Origin: Camelus dromedarius
Lineage: Eukaryota
Assembly (NCBI RefSeq): GCF_036321535.1
Contig: NC_087436.1
Coordinates: forward strand, 84,198,001 to 84,262,000
Length of the DNA stretch: 64,000 nt
Reading direction: 5' to 3'
In this document: in pieces, positions 36,470 through 49,031 of the stretch
Layout: each line of letters begins with the position of its first letter
How positions within the stretch are numbered: position 1 is the stretch's first letter
Translations under genes and position numbers: made by a program
The notes under the pieces: model-generated
What the model saw: only the letters and a program-made list of their open reading frames with translations
The model's database searches: none
Told to the model about the DNA's origin: nothing

Positions 36470-38722
36470 TTTTGATACTGAATGCATTTTGAATGCGGAG
36501 CCAACACCATATGCTGGTGGCTGGAAGTGGGATTGAGGAAGAAAGGAGTCAAGGATGATTCCAAATTTCTCACCCTGAGCAGCTGGAAAAGTGGCTCACT
36601 TGTCTCCTTCTAAGGTAGGAATCACTCTACCATGAAAGCCACCCGAAAGAGCCCATTCAAGTGACATGAAGGAAGATGCCCCATTTCCCCCCACGGAAGC
36701 CCCTCTCAGAGGGAAGTCACCACAGGCAGGGATGGGCAGATGAGCCCGGCCAGCCCTGAGGTGGGCAGGCTCCAATCCAAGGGGGAAAATTGGGAATAAA
36801 GTTACCCCTGTGTTCCCTGCCTCTCATCCAGAAAGTGTGGTTTTTCACTGTATTCTGGAAGAGCAGATATTTTCACAGTTCTCTAGCGTGAACCCCACCT
36901 CCCCTGCTGGTCTGCACTCTGTGGGAACCCGCTAGCTGCACCCTGAGCCAAAAACGAGCAAGGAGCGCTGAATAGAGACTTTATGAGTAAATGGTGCTCT
37001 GCGGGCTTCTTTTTAACTTGTGAAGGAACAGGGTGTGCTCGAAAGTAGCAAGTGACCTGGGTTTTTGCTTTTGTTGTTTTAAAAAATCTTCCTGGAAGGC
37101 AAAGAAGAAAAAGCAAAAAAAAAAAAGAAAGCCCAGCATTTGTTTGTCACTCGTATCACTCTGGTTAACACAGTGTTTGGGCCGCTGACCCCTCTCTAGG
37201 CCTCCCAACCTGGCACTGAATAAAACAGAAGAAATCAAAGGGACCTTTCCAGGAGTCTGGCAGCTCAGACAGATGCTGAGGTGGCAGAGCTGCGAGGTAC
37301 CGGCCCACACATGGAGGCCTCCGTTTCCAGAATGCACCAAGCACAGCTCCACAGACCTGCAGGCCCGTCCAGGCAAACCTCAAGTGCACATCAGCCCTTC
37401 CCAGAGAACTGCAGGGCCGGGGCGGGCTACTCAGTCCCTAGCCTCGTCGCTGCCAGTAGAAGCATTTGAAGGGCTTTCTGGTAAATAAATCAATAGAGCA
37501 TTTTTAATCTGCAGGGGCCAGATACTGTGCGTCTTCATTCTCACACAAACGGCCAAAGATTTCATACCAGGAAGCTCTTCGTTAAACCAGCTAGTTTCCA
37601 GAGCCTTCTCCCCACCCTGCCCCATTCTGCATCGGGTCTCCAGGGAGAGCTCAGATCCTTCGACCCAGAGAAGTATCAGGTTTTTCCTTCAAAAACCAAG
37701 TCCTGAGATTTCAGGTGATTTCTGCAGGGTCTTTGCTTTCTCTCCACCTGCAAGACTCATGGCTGAGGTAAAATTGGACGAGATCCTAATCACCTCAGGT
37801 CTCTGTTGCAAAGAAAGTGAAATATTTTTGTCCCCCCTCCCTCTGCCCTTGGTCTCTACAGGAAATGGGAAAAGCCCTGAGGGGTCTGGTGCAGAATAAG
37901 AACACGTACCCTACAAGATTTTTGTGAGGATTAAACAACTTGGGCCAAAGTATTTTGGAAGCTGCCAGGGGCTGTCCAGATGAGATATATAGAAATGTTG
38001 GCTGAAGGCTGACCTAGATTGACAAGCATGATGCAGACGTAAGAAGCTGAAGCGGCCTCTGCAGTTCTAGGGGGCGGCAGCCAGACAAGGATGGGAAAAG
38101 GAGTCTCCCACGAGAAGACACGAATTCTTGGCTCCACAGAAAAAAGCTGAAGAGGGGGAGAAATGGCAGGTAGCAAAGTGAAAAACGCTAGTGATGTAAG
38201 AGAGCTTGTGGAGTTTTCCCGCTTCTAGTCCCTAGGGCCATAGACGTATGAGGGACACACTCAGTGCCAAGGGCCCACCCCAGGGGCCTGTGGGAAACCA
38301 ACCCTGGGAGTCCTTGCCACCCCTGTCTCAGTGCAGGGGTGAAGGACAACCAGAGCGTGGGATCTGGGGAGCATAGGGAATTTTGGCTTCTATATGGTGT
38401 TTCCAGACAACATATTTGCTACTTTCTGTTAGTGAAGCTTCTTTGCTGATAATCTGGCGGTATGCATGCTAGCAAGAGGGCTGAGCTGGCCACGTCTGTC
38501 CCACATTTCAGCTGTTCCCAGAAGGGCTTGGCAAAGGAAAACGTGGGTGGGAAGTGTGACAGCAAAATGCCTCGGAAACGTGCAGAAGGGCACACTGATG
38601 GGAGATGAAAACAGGCTCGTGTAAACTGGTTGATGACTTGCTATGGGCCAGGCGCTCTTTTAAGTTCTGTGCATGGATTTGCTCATTCGATCCTCAGTGC
38701 AATCCTATGAGGCAAGATGATT

Positions 38723-39295
38723 TTTTTTTCTAGGTTAGATTAGCTTTATTCTTTTTTATTTTCCTATTTTTAAATTGAAGTATGGTCAGTTTACAATGTT
38801 GTGTTAATTTCTGGTATACAGGATAGTGATTCAGTTATACATATATATATATTCCTTTTCATATTCTTTTTCATTATAGGCTATTAAAAGGTATTGAATG
38901 CAGTTCCCTGTGCTACATAGCAGTAGGACCTTGCTATTTATCTATTTTATATACAATAGTGTGTATCTGCAAATCCCAAACTCCCAATTTATCCCTCACT
39001 CCCCCCACCTTCCCCTGACCCCAGTAATAACAATTTAGTTTTCTTTGTCTGTGAGTCTGTTTCTGCTTTGTAAATAAGTTCATTTATATCATTTAAAAAA
39101 TATTCCACTTATAAGTGATATCATATGGTATTTTTCTTTCTCTTTCTGGCTTACTTCAATTAGTATGACGATCTTCAGGTCCATTCATGTTGCTGCAAAT
39201 GATATTATTATATTCTTTTTATGGCTGAGTATAAATTCCATTGTATAAATATACCACAACTTCTTTATCCAGTCATCTATTGATGGACATTTAGG
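38723..39295 (-). mobile_element. Young L1 3' end inserted into a MIR (MIR pieces ~38620-38722 and 39296-39390)
   Basis: Antisense 3' UTR/ORF2 end (PKCPSIDDWIKKLWYIYTME); TSD TGAGGCA(A/G)GAT(G/T)ATT at 38708-38722 and 39296-39310. Confidence 0.92.
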
Positions 39296-39544
39296 TGAGG
39301 CAGGATTATTATTGTCCCCATTTAATGGATAAGGAAACTGAGGCATAGAGAAGTCAAACAGGCGAAGCCAGATTTTGAACACAGCTTACTAACTGCATAA
39401 TATTTCATTAAGTGGATATAGCATGTTTCTCTAAGCTGTCTCCAATCAGAAAATAGGGAAATAATATGTCAGCAAGGGCAGGACATAGGGTGGACTATAA
39501 AGATACAGCATTACAGCTTACAATGTTAAAATATTTTTGGACAC

Positions 39545-40010
39545 TGCATCACTAAGGATGATTTTGGCTACAAGTAGCAGAATGTCTAACTGAAAGTAAT
39601 TATACAATAGGGATATTTATTCTTTCACATAGTAGTAAATCTGGATTCAGTCCAACTTTAAAAGATTAAATCAATGATGTCTTCAAAGATCCATATATTT
39701 TCCATCTTCTGGCTCTGCCTTTCTTGGTATCTCAACCATGTCTCCTCCTACTAACGAGATGGCTACAGCAGTTCCAGGCACCACATGTTAACAAGATCGT
39801 ACCCAGTGAAGAAGGAGTTTCCCATAAGACCCTCAGTAGACTTCACAGGTCACCTGGAGTAAACTGGGTCTCATGTCTGCAGCCTCGCTGTAAGGGAATC
39901 TGAGGATGTGTGTAGCTAGAGTTCACAGCTCTACTGAAAGGACAAGGTCCTCCAGCAGGTAAGAAGGGGATGGGATGAGAGGTGTCGTGCCCCTGATTTG
40001 ACCACCCACT
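39545..40010 (-). mobile_element. Old MaLR LTR (MLT1J/K-like)
   Basis: TTGGCTACAAGTAGCAGAA..TTTCCATCTTCT..AGATGGCTACAGCAGTTCCAGGCA..AACTGGGTCTCATG..CTGTAAGGGA. Confidence 0.65.
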
Positions 40011-40584
40011 TAGTGTTTTTAGGTTTAACTTTTATCTTAAGGTGTAGATACACAAAGGACAGATCAAGGTCATGACTTAATGCAAATTGCTAAACCATAA
40101 CCCATAGCCAGCTCTAGACATGTTTCTGACCTGAAGCTGGGCTCAAAATCTGCACAGCTTGAAACACCCACTTCTGATGCTGCTACATGGTTCCCTGAAG
40201 AGACTGTGCCAACCATGAAACTCTACCTGCCCCAGTGTCCCAGGGTGTCACGGGCAGGGGCAGCCTAGAGCCCCCAAGTTTAGTCCTGTTCTGCCTCCTC
40301 CCACCTATTTAGAAAGAATCTATATCTGTTTCTCTCTCTCTTTAGTCTTCAATCTCATATCTTCCTGCTCACTTGAAAGAGAGGGCTGAACAATGTGGGA
40401 GAGATTTAAACTGGGTCATTCTCTTTTAACAGAATTTTTGCAAAATACTAGAAATGAAGTTCCTAATGGCCACCAGACAGAAGTGCCGCCACATCCGGCA
40501 CCAGAGTGACAGGAATCGTGCCTGTTAGAATCAAGTTCAGCTGCAACAGGGACATTAAACATGGCTTAAATATGACTGGGGTGA

Positions 40585-42005
40585 TGCACTTATGGTTAAT
40601 TAATCTACGACAAAGCAGGCAAGAATATACAATGGAGAAAAGACAGTCTTTTCAATAAGTGGTGCTAGGAAAACTGGACAGCTACATGTAACAGAATGAA
40701 ACTAGAACATTCTCTAATACCATACACAAAAATAAACTCTAAAAACCTAAATGTAAGACCAGATACTCTAAAACTCCTAGAAGAAAACAGGCAGAACACC
40801 CTTCGGCATAAGTCACAGCAATATTTTTTTTCAACCAGCTCCTAGAGTGATGGAAATAAAAGCAGAAATAAATGAATGTGACCTAACTAAACTTAAAAGC
40901 TTTTGCACAGCAAAGGAAATCATAAACAAAATAAAAAGAACAACCTACAGAATGGGAGAAAATATTTGCAATGATGAGTCCAACAAGGGACTAATTTCCA
41001 AAATATACAAACAGCTCATACAGCTTAATATCCAAAAAAAAAAAAAGCAACTCAACCAAAAAATGGGCAAAAGACCAAAATAGACATTTCTTCAAAGAAG
41101 ACATCCAGACGGCCATTAAGCACATGAAAAGATGCTCAATTTCACTAATTATTAGGAATTGCAAATCAAAACTACAATGAGGTATCATCTCACACCAGTC
41201 AGAATGGCCATCATTAAAAAGTCCACAAATAATAAATGCTGGATAGGGTGTTGAGAAAAAGGAACCCTCCTACACTGTTGGTGGGAATGTAAACTGATGC
41301 AGCCGCTATGGAGGACAGTATGGAGGTTCCTTAAAAAGCTAAAAATAGACTTACCTTATGATCCAGCAATCCCAATCCTGGGCACATAGCTGGAGAAAAC
41401 TATAATTTGAAAAAACACATGCACCCCAATGTTCATAGCAGCACTATTTACAATAGCTGAGACATGGAAACAACCTAAATGTCTGTTGACAGATGACTGG
41501 ATAAAGAAAATGTGGTATATATTATATAATAGAATATTACTCAGCCATAAAAAAGAATGAAATAATGCCATTTGCAGCAACATAGATGGACCAAGAGATC
41601 ATTGTATTAAGTGAAATAAGTCAGAAAAAAACAAATATCACATGATGTCACTTACATGCAGAATCTAAAATTTTAAAAAATACAAACTGTATTTACAAAC
41701 CAGAAAAAGACTCACAGACATAGAAAACAAACTGTGGTTACCAGGGGGGAAAGTGGGGAGGGACAGATTAGGACTTTGGGAATAACAGATATACATTACC
41801 ATATATAAAATAGATAAACAACAAAGACCTACTGTATAGCACAGGGAACTATATTCAATTTCTTGTAATCAGCCATAATGGAAAAGGAACTGAAAAATAT
41901 ATATGTATGTATGTATGTATGTATATGTAAAACTGAATTGCTTTGCTGTACACCTGAAATTAACATTGTAATTCTACTACACTTCAGTAAAAAATAAGAA
42001 TTAGA
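40585..42005 (+). mobile_element. 5'-truncated L1 (ORF2 3' part + 3' UTR)
   Basis: ORF2 peptide [40 protein letters not shown](C)TGGGGT at 40568-40582 and 42006-42019. Confidence 0.95.
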
Positions 42006-42018
42006 AAATATGATGGGG

Positions 42019-42343
42019 TAAGCCAGAAAGAGATAGAAAAATGCCATATGATATCGCTTATATGTGGAATCTAAAAACAAGAACACAAATGAACTTATCT
42101 ATAAAACAGAAATAGACTCACAGACATAGAGAACAAACGTATGGTTACTATAGGGTAAAGGGGGTGGGAAGGGATAAATTAGGAATTTGAAAATTGCGCC
42201 TCTTGGGGAGTGATGGAAATGTTCACTATCTTGATTGTGGTAGTGGTTTCATTGGTGTTACATCTATCAAAATTCATTAAATTGTACATTTGAAATATAC
42301 ATAGTTCACTGTACAGGAATCATACCACAATAAAGATGTTAAA
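42019..42343 (+). mobile_element. Chimeric L1 3' end (young-type UTR joined to L1MB/MC-type terminus)
   Basis: 42019-~42195 matches the young 3' UTR seen elsewhere in the window; ~42200-42343 is GTGATGGAAATGTT..TATCTTGATTGTGGT..CAATAAAG; TSD AAATATGATGGGG at 42006-42018 and 42344-42356. Confidence 0.8.
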
Positions 42344-42529
42344 AAATATGATGGGGATGTATGTCTGTCTTATGCAAAAGTCCTGATTTAGTAGCTCAGG
42401 GCTGGTCAGAGGGCTCCACAGCCAGGGCATGATCCTCTTACCTCACAGAATTGTCATTCAGATTAAATAAGGTCATTTATACAGTGTCTAGTGCATCACA
42501 AACCCTCTCTTGTTTGATCATGAAAGTAA

Positions 42530-42780
42530 TAATAACTCATGTTAATTGAACTTTACCTATGAGTCAAGCCCTGGGTAAGGGCTCTCTATATATTAATTCC
42601 TTTAATCCTCGCAGTAGCCCTGTGAAGAAGGGACGGTCATTATCCTCCTTTTACATATGGGGACACTGAGAGATTAGGAGTCTTAATAAGATTGCCTCGT
42701 TAGTTAGTTAGTGCAGAGCTGTGATTCAAACCCAGCTTATCTGATTTCTGAGCCCAAGAGCCCAACCATCAGCCTGCACC
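42530..42780 (-). mobile_element. MIR SINE
   Basis: TTTAATCCTCGCAGTAGCCCTGTGAAG..TTATCCTCCTTTTACATATGGGGACACTGAG..GATTCAAACCCAG. Confidence 0.8.
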
Positions 42781-42949
42781 ACTCCCTCCCCATGTCAGAG
42801 CCCTCCCACCATCCCCCTCCTTCCTCCTCTGGCTGTAAGACAGTCACAGCAGATGGGAATGAAAAGCTACTCTGTAATATAAGGCAGTGGGGGCTAAGTG
42901 TTGAAGGAGCAGTCTGATTTCGATAAGGCAGAGGCTCCGTTCCCTGCAG

Positions 42950-43530
42950 TGAGCAGGGAAGGTGTCACAGCGGGAAGGGGCTGAGTTGGGCTGTGATGGA
43001 TGTACAGGATTTAGAAGATGGTGGAGGGTGTGCCAGGCATGGGGAATGATGTGGGTCAAGATTTGGAGGTAGGGAAGGAAATAGCATGGTTAAGGAATAA
43101 CAAGGAAACAATCCTAGCTAAATCATAGGATTCTTATAGAGGAGTCCTGAGGGAACAGTTTGGAAATGAAGACTGGCATCAGGTTAAGAAACTTGAATGT
43201 CATTCTAGAGAGCTGAACTGTATTCCGTAGACACTGGAGGGTGTTGAAATCACATGATGGAAGCGGTATCTTCAGGAATAATGCGATGGCTGTGGGAGAG
43301 GTGACTTAGAGACAAGGAGGCTGGGAGACTAGCTAAGAGGCTCTTGAAATGATCTAGACATGAGGTAATGAGAACTTGAAATGGAGCGTTAGCAAAAGGC
43401 ATGAATGGAATGGAAGTGATGTGAGAGGCATCACTTGTGCAGAATGGAGGGGACTGGTGACAGTTGCTGGGAGCGAGGGAACAGGAGGGGTCAGGGATGA
43501 CTGCCAGGTGTTAAGCCTGGGAGATGGGCG
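42950..43530 (-). mobile_element. L2 fragment
   Basis: TTGAATGTC..GAGCTGAACTGTATTC..GGAGGCTGGGAGACTAG..GGTCAGGGATGACTGCCAGG..AGCCTGGG. Confidence 0.65.
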
Positions 43531-46410
43531 AATCCTGTTGTAAACAGAAGCTCTGACTCTCCTAGACAGAGAGCAACTCTGTTTGCCTCTATCTTCTGTG
43601 AGGTCTCTGTATCCACTGAGCATTTTCACATACTAAGCATTCACCAAAGGTACCTGCACCAGTTGGTTGTCTTCTCTTTCTTCTTTGCTGCAAAGGACCA
43701 CATCCTCCAGAAAAGAATCTAGGGCGCAGGGGAAAACATGGACTTTGGGTCAAACAGATAGGAATTTAAATCGTCTCTGTCTGTCACCAGCACAGTAACG
43801 TTGGGCATACTCAGAGACGAAGAAACGAGGCCTAGAGAAGCCACAGAACTCACTAAGGTCCCAGGGACAACGTGAGGCTGAACCAGGGCTTGAACCCTGA
43901 GCAGTCCAGCTTCAGAGTCTGTATTCTTCATCACTACCTTGTCCTTATGTTAATAAGCAAAGCTATCATTTGCACTAAAAGGAGGAAAGAATAGCAAAAA
44001 AAAGATTCCCTTTAAGGGGGATATTAAAATACATAACCAGAATGGCTAGGCCACCTGTCTGAGAGGACGGTTACTGGTCATAGCTCAGAGCTGGTTGTTT
44101 AGGGCCTCTTTGGTTGCTGGGTCCTAGAGAAGGTGCAAGAGGGAGTGGTCCCTGGGGAGGGGCAGAGTTAAGTGGCTGTGGCAGGTCCTTGAGAGGCTCC
44201 GGGCAGTGACTTAGCACAATTCACACAGAGCAATGTCAACACCTTCACCTTCCAGTATGGAGGGATAGGTGTGTTCCAGCAAAATATCAAAACTGGTTAT
44301 CCCTTACCAGTGTTCGCTCCTCAACCTGTGGACAAGACAAATAATGACTTTTCAAGGACATTCTCAGGGTTGAACATCATACTGGTTTTTGAAGTGTATT
44401 TTATTTATTATTAATACCATACTTAAATTATTAAGAAAAAAGATTTGAAATACCGTGTAGTAAAAAAAACTCTTTGAAAATAAAATCATTAAGGTTGGAT
44501 AATAAACAAACACTGTGGAAATAATGATTTTTATACCTGAAAACCTAAACTAAGAATATGTAATGAAACTGAGCACTAAATTTGGCTCTGAGACTCCCAG
44601 CAGCCAATGTGAAATGGAAGTAGGATGAATTTCCTAGTATTGATTGATTATGAAAATAGACCTAAAAACTTAGATCCCTGTGTTTAGAGCTTAGGGGTGC
44701 AGGACCATCAAAGATGGCACTTCGATATGAAAATGAGAAACCTCAATTTATATTCTTGTTCATAAAGAAGTCCACGTCATGTGCTACTACTCCACATGAG
44801 AATCATATAATCAAAGTGAAACTTACCTTGGTAGCTTCTGCCCAGAAGAAGTCAGTCACAGCTTCAAAGTAAATGACTAAAGATAAACGCAGGGAAAAGT
44901 TAAGTTTGGTACCTCAGGAGAGGAGAATGTGATTTGGACTGGCCTTTCCTTCAATGATCTGTCTAAGGGGAACATGCTGGTCTGGGAGGCATCTTGACTT
45001 ATCTTAAACAAGATAATTTTCATGCTGTTGATTTCCCTCCACTCAAGTACAGGACGTGCCAATTACATGCAATCTTTCCTCACCAGAGAAATAACTGAGA
45101 ACTTTGCAAAGACTAGAGGGCATTAAGGTGCTTACTCCTTTTTTTCCTGGGGAGGGAGCCACATAAGACATTTGGGATTCTTTCCTGCAGCACTGATCCT
45201 TGAATTAAGGAGAAAGGTTTCTGTTATTGTTTATTGGCTTAAGACTAGACCAAAGTATTTTAGGGGACTTGTTTCTAATAGAGCCTATGATCAAGAAAAA
45301 TTAGTTTCCTAGGACTAAAAGGAATACTTTTCGTATCTTTTCCATTATTATCACATGACCTGAATTTCCCAGATCTTACCACCCAGTGAGTACAAAAGAG
45401 ATTGCACTGGGATGCCCACCTGCTGACTCAAGGCTTTATATTCCAAAGCTTCCCCTTAAGACTTCTGTGACTCTCCAGGGGGTGTTTTACAAACACTAAT
45501 AACAAGCCTGCTCCCAGAAGGTATCTGCTAGGCACCTCCTTGTTTGCTGGCCATCTGCTAACTCCTGCCTTTCCTGCTGCCCCTCCAATGACAGCAGAGC
45601 AAAGGGGAAAGTGGGCGTTTGGCTTCTGGGAAGAGAAGAGAAGGATGTGGTCATGAAGGTTTGCACAGGACTTTCTGAAATGGCAGACACCTGGATCTAC
45701 GCCTGATTTGTTATCTCACCTTGCACAGGTCACCTTGGTGATTTTGGCTTCGATTTCCTCTACTAAAAATGGCAGGAATTCCCACATCTTACACAGATGT
45801 AGTGGGAATTGGCTATTTAATGATTGGACCATATTTTGAAAACATCAAATGCAAGGCAAGCGCTAGGTCAGGAAAGCCAAAGGCTTGTGGTTTCCCTAAT
45901 GAGGCAGCGGATGTGCCTGTCTTTTTCCTTTTTGCTTTAGACATCCAAAGGAAATAAATGTTTAAACATCTGCATAATATTGAGAGAGAACAATCTTGAA
46001 TCTCCAAAGTCAATAAATTGCTCCTTAAGTCTCCTTAAATGAACTAAGTTGCTGTATAGGTGAGGCCCAGGCTACAAGTCTTGAAGCATCCTATGCAGTA
46101 TGAAGTTACACAACTAGGGCATTAAGACGATAGAAAATTTGGGAGGGAATGAGTCCCCATAACCAACATTTGATAATTACATTTTAATAAAAGCAACATT
46201 TAATCTTATAATACTCTAATGGCTTAATGAAAACCTCTACTTAAAATTTAAGGAAGGTGTTTAGGAGAGAAGGGAGAATGGCAAGGGTCATGGAAAGGAG
46301 AAGATAGATATAAAATTTGAAAACTTTACCTGAGATTGGGCCCTGCTCTCCCCTTTACACTCTCAGAAACCACGTCAAAAACAGCTCCTTCTTTCAAAAA
46401 ATAAGAGACA

Positions 46411-46836
46411 TGTTATAGGTTGAATTGTGTCCCCCTAAATAGGGTCACGTAAATAGGGTCATTGCAGATATAATTAGTTAAGAGGAAACCTTACTGGAGC
46501 AGGGTGGGCCCCTAATCCAGTATGACTGGTATTCTTATAAAAAGGGGAAATTTGGACAAGATACATGCATGCGGGAGAACGCCGTGTGAAGATGAAGGCA
46601 GAGGTTGGAGTGACGCCTCTACAAGACCAGGAAGACCAAAGATGACTGGCAACTCACCAGAAGCTAGGGGAGAGGCAGGGCCCAATTTTTCTGTTGTTGC
46701 CCTTAGGAGGAATCAACCTCACCGACACCTTAATCTCAGACTTTCAGCCTCGAGAACAGTGAGACAATAAATTCCTATTTGTTTAAGTCACCCAGTTTGT
46801 GGTATTTTGTTATGGCAGCCCTAGCAAACTAATACA
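46411..46836 (+). mobile_element. MaLR LTR (MLT1B-like)
   Basis: TGTTATAGGTTGAATTGTGTCCCC..GGGTGGGCCCCTAATCCAGTATGACTGG..TTTGTTATGGCAGCCCTAGCAAACTAATACA. Confidence 0.92.
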
Positions 46837-47034
46837 GCACATCACACCCAACTGTTCTACCCTCAAGAATCAGAGATGATGTAGTGAAGAAGAGACTGAA
46901 GACAGTTAAGAAGAGAATGAAGGTTCTTCAGTACTTATGCTACTAATACAGAGATTTCATTGGGTTAACATTATTTTCTTAAAATACAAAAATTTCTTTT
47001 CAAGGTTATGGTTGTCAGTTATTTTTACCTTCTG

Positions 47035-47587
47035 GATATTGTACTTTCCAAAGATAGCCACCATGTCTCCCAGCCCACATTGCTTTTCAAGAACCTTGCC
47101 GTTTCTCCATTAAGCAGTAAGTCTAATTCCTCCTTGAATCTAGGTGGGCTTGTCATTGACTTGCAAGCACTGGAATGTGGTAGAAGTGATGCCAATGACT
47201 TCTGAGGCCATGTTGTAAAAGTTGATGCAGCTGCTGCCCAGGGAGCAAAAATACTTGCACTGAAGCCCTGAACTGCCCTGGGGCTGCCATGTTGTGAGGA
47301 AGCGCAAACCAGCTCTTTTGGGGAGACCACATGGAGAGGCCCCAAGACTGCATGAAAAGAGAGCGAGACACCCAGCCAGACAGTAGCTCCCCCAGTCCCT
47401 CTGCTGTTTTAGCTCCAGCCGCTGACTGACTGCAACCACATAAGCGACCCCAGGACAGAATCTCCACTGAGCCCTCCCTGAATTCCCGAGCACAAAAACT
47501 GGGGGAGGTAATAAAATGACAATAGAATCGCTGATTTCAGTCACTGAGCTTTAGGGTGATTTATTATGCAGCAGTGGTTCATGGGCA
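47035..47587 (+). mobile_element. MaLR LTR (MLT1G/H-like)
   Basis: CCAAAGATAGCCAC..CCTTGAATCTAGGTGGGCTTG..TGACTTCTGAGGC..GCCATGTTGTGAGGAAGC..TTATGCAGCA. Confidence 0.8.
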
Positions 47588-49031
47588 TGCCTGAGTGCAT
47601 TACTCTGATAATCAAATTTCTTGACTTTTAAAGTAACTGCTTCAGAATTTAATTTTCTTTGGAAAAGGGTGAGAAGCACAGGGGGAAAGATGATTTGGGA
47701 AGCCAAAAACATCTACTTTGCAGATTTCTCCAGAGTCTGGGCAGTTTTGTGTGCCCCTAAAGCCAACAGAGTTGCTCTCCTTGGCACTCTGCCCAGCCGT
47801 TACTTTAGCACGGAAATGTGAAGGAGGTGCCATAGGATTTGAAATCTCAGATCACGTTAATGATTAAGTCAATCAGTAAATTCCTGATTGGAGGGTCCTT
47901 TTATTCTCTCTACTCCCAAAGGTGTCCTAAAGATGCAGAATTGCCACTGGTGCCGGAGTCTTGCATGTTGAATTTTCCAACTTTCGAAGACTTCTCTTTT
48001 CAGTCAGAACCTGGCATTAATCCTAATGATTCTTACTTCATTTATGATGGGGCTGGGAGGGCCAGAATGGTGAAGATGTTTGCACTTTGCATAATCCCAT
48101 CCCCCGGCATCTTCCTCATAAGAGCCCCCTCCTGTCCTTAGCGCCCTCGATGGAGCTCTGCTCAATTAATGCAGGACCGTTTACCCTAGTCATTCCCTTC
48201 CATTCAGAAAAAGCTTGGATCCCTTTGACACCTTGATGTTCCAAATACTCCCTATCAGCCTGTGGCTTGTTTTCTATAGTGTCTTTGATTAAGGCCTTTT
48301 TTCCATCACCGCATTTGAATAATCTCCCCCGCCTCTCTTCTGTTATCCAAGTTCTTGCTCGCTGCTTCTGGTCTCCAAGACAGCCCTCAGCCTTCACTGC
48401 CAGGGCTTAAGATGCCTGTGAAATCCACACTGGTGCTGCAAATGCCTTGCAACGGATTCCTTTGAGAACATTGACTTCTTTTCCTTTCTCAATCCTGAAA
48501 CAGTAGTTACCGGGAAATAGTCATCCAGAACGTGGCTAATAGTTAAGAAACTCTGCAGACAATAGCCGAGGGGCAACAGAGAAGCCGGAAAGAAAAGGCT
48601 TCGTAATCTCTTGTTTGTGACTCCCAAGTGGTAGCTGCTAAAAGTGACTTCTGCGAGCAGGCAGCTGCTTCTGCTGTTTACACTTAATCAGATAATCACG
48701 GGGCTGCGAGAGCCCGTAACCCGCCCTTCTGCATTAGCCAGGGCCTGCCAAGGCTTTCTGAAGACTGTTCCAGAAACTTCAAGTGTTGTCCTCACACATA
48801 CACTTGGGAAAGTAAAAACACTTGGAGAGAGGAGACGTCTATTCCTTCTTGGAAAAGAGGCTGAAAGACGTTGTTTTTGTCCCCCGAGCCTCTCTTCTTC
48901 CTGCACAATCTTTGTATGGACATCACCCCTAGCCCTCAAATACCATGTAAGGTTGTTATCATTATCCTCATTTCACAGATGGGAAACTACAGTTCAAAGA
49001 GGTTAGATTACTGGCTCTGGAGTGGGAGAAC

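Larger units (their letters stand above)
34150..36600 (-). mobile_element. L2, fragmented by four later insertions
   Basis: ACAAATACCTATGGAACACCTAC..CAGCAGTGAACAA; ATTTGAGCAAAG; GGAGGCTAAAGCAGTAATTCAGG; GGAGTCAAGGATGATTCC..CTGAGCAGCTGGAA. Confidence 0.75.

Noticed and set aside
37862..38038. 177-nt + strand exon candidate as coding
   Set aside because: Stop codons in all three frames
43720..43940. Abutting opposite-strand MIR fragments as a hairpin RNA
   Set aside because: Arms are too diverged to pair convincingly
46436..46461. Direct repeat TAAATAGGGTCA x2
   Set aside because: Small duplication at a deletion within an MLT1 LTR; not an array
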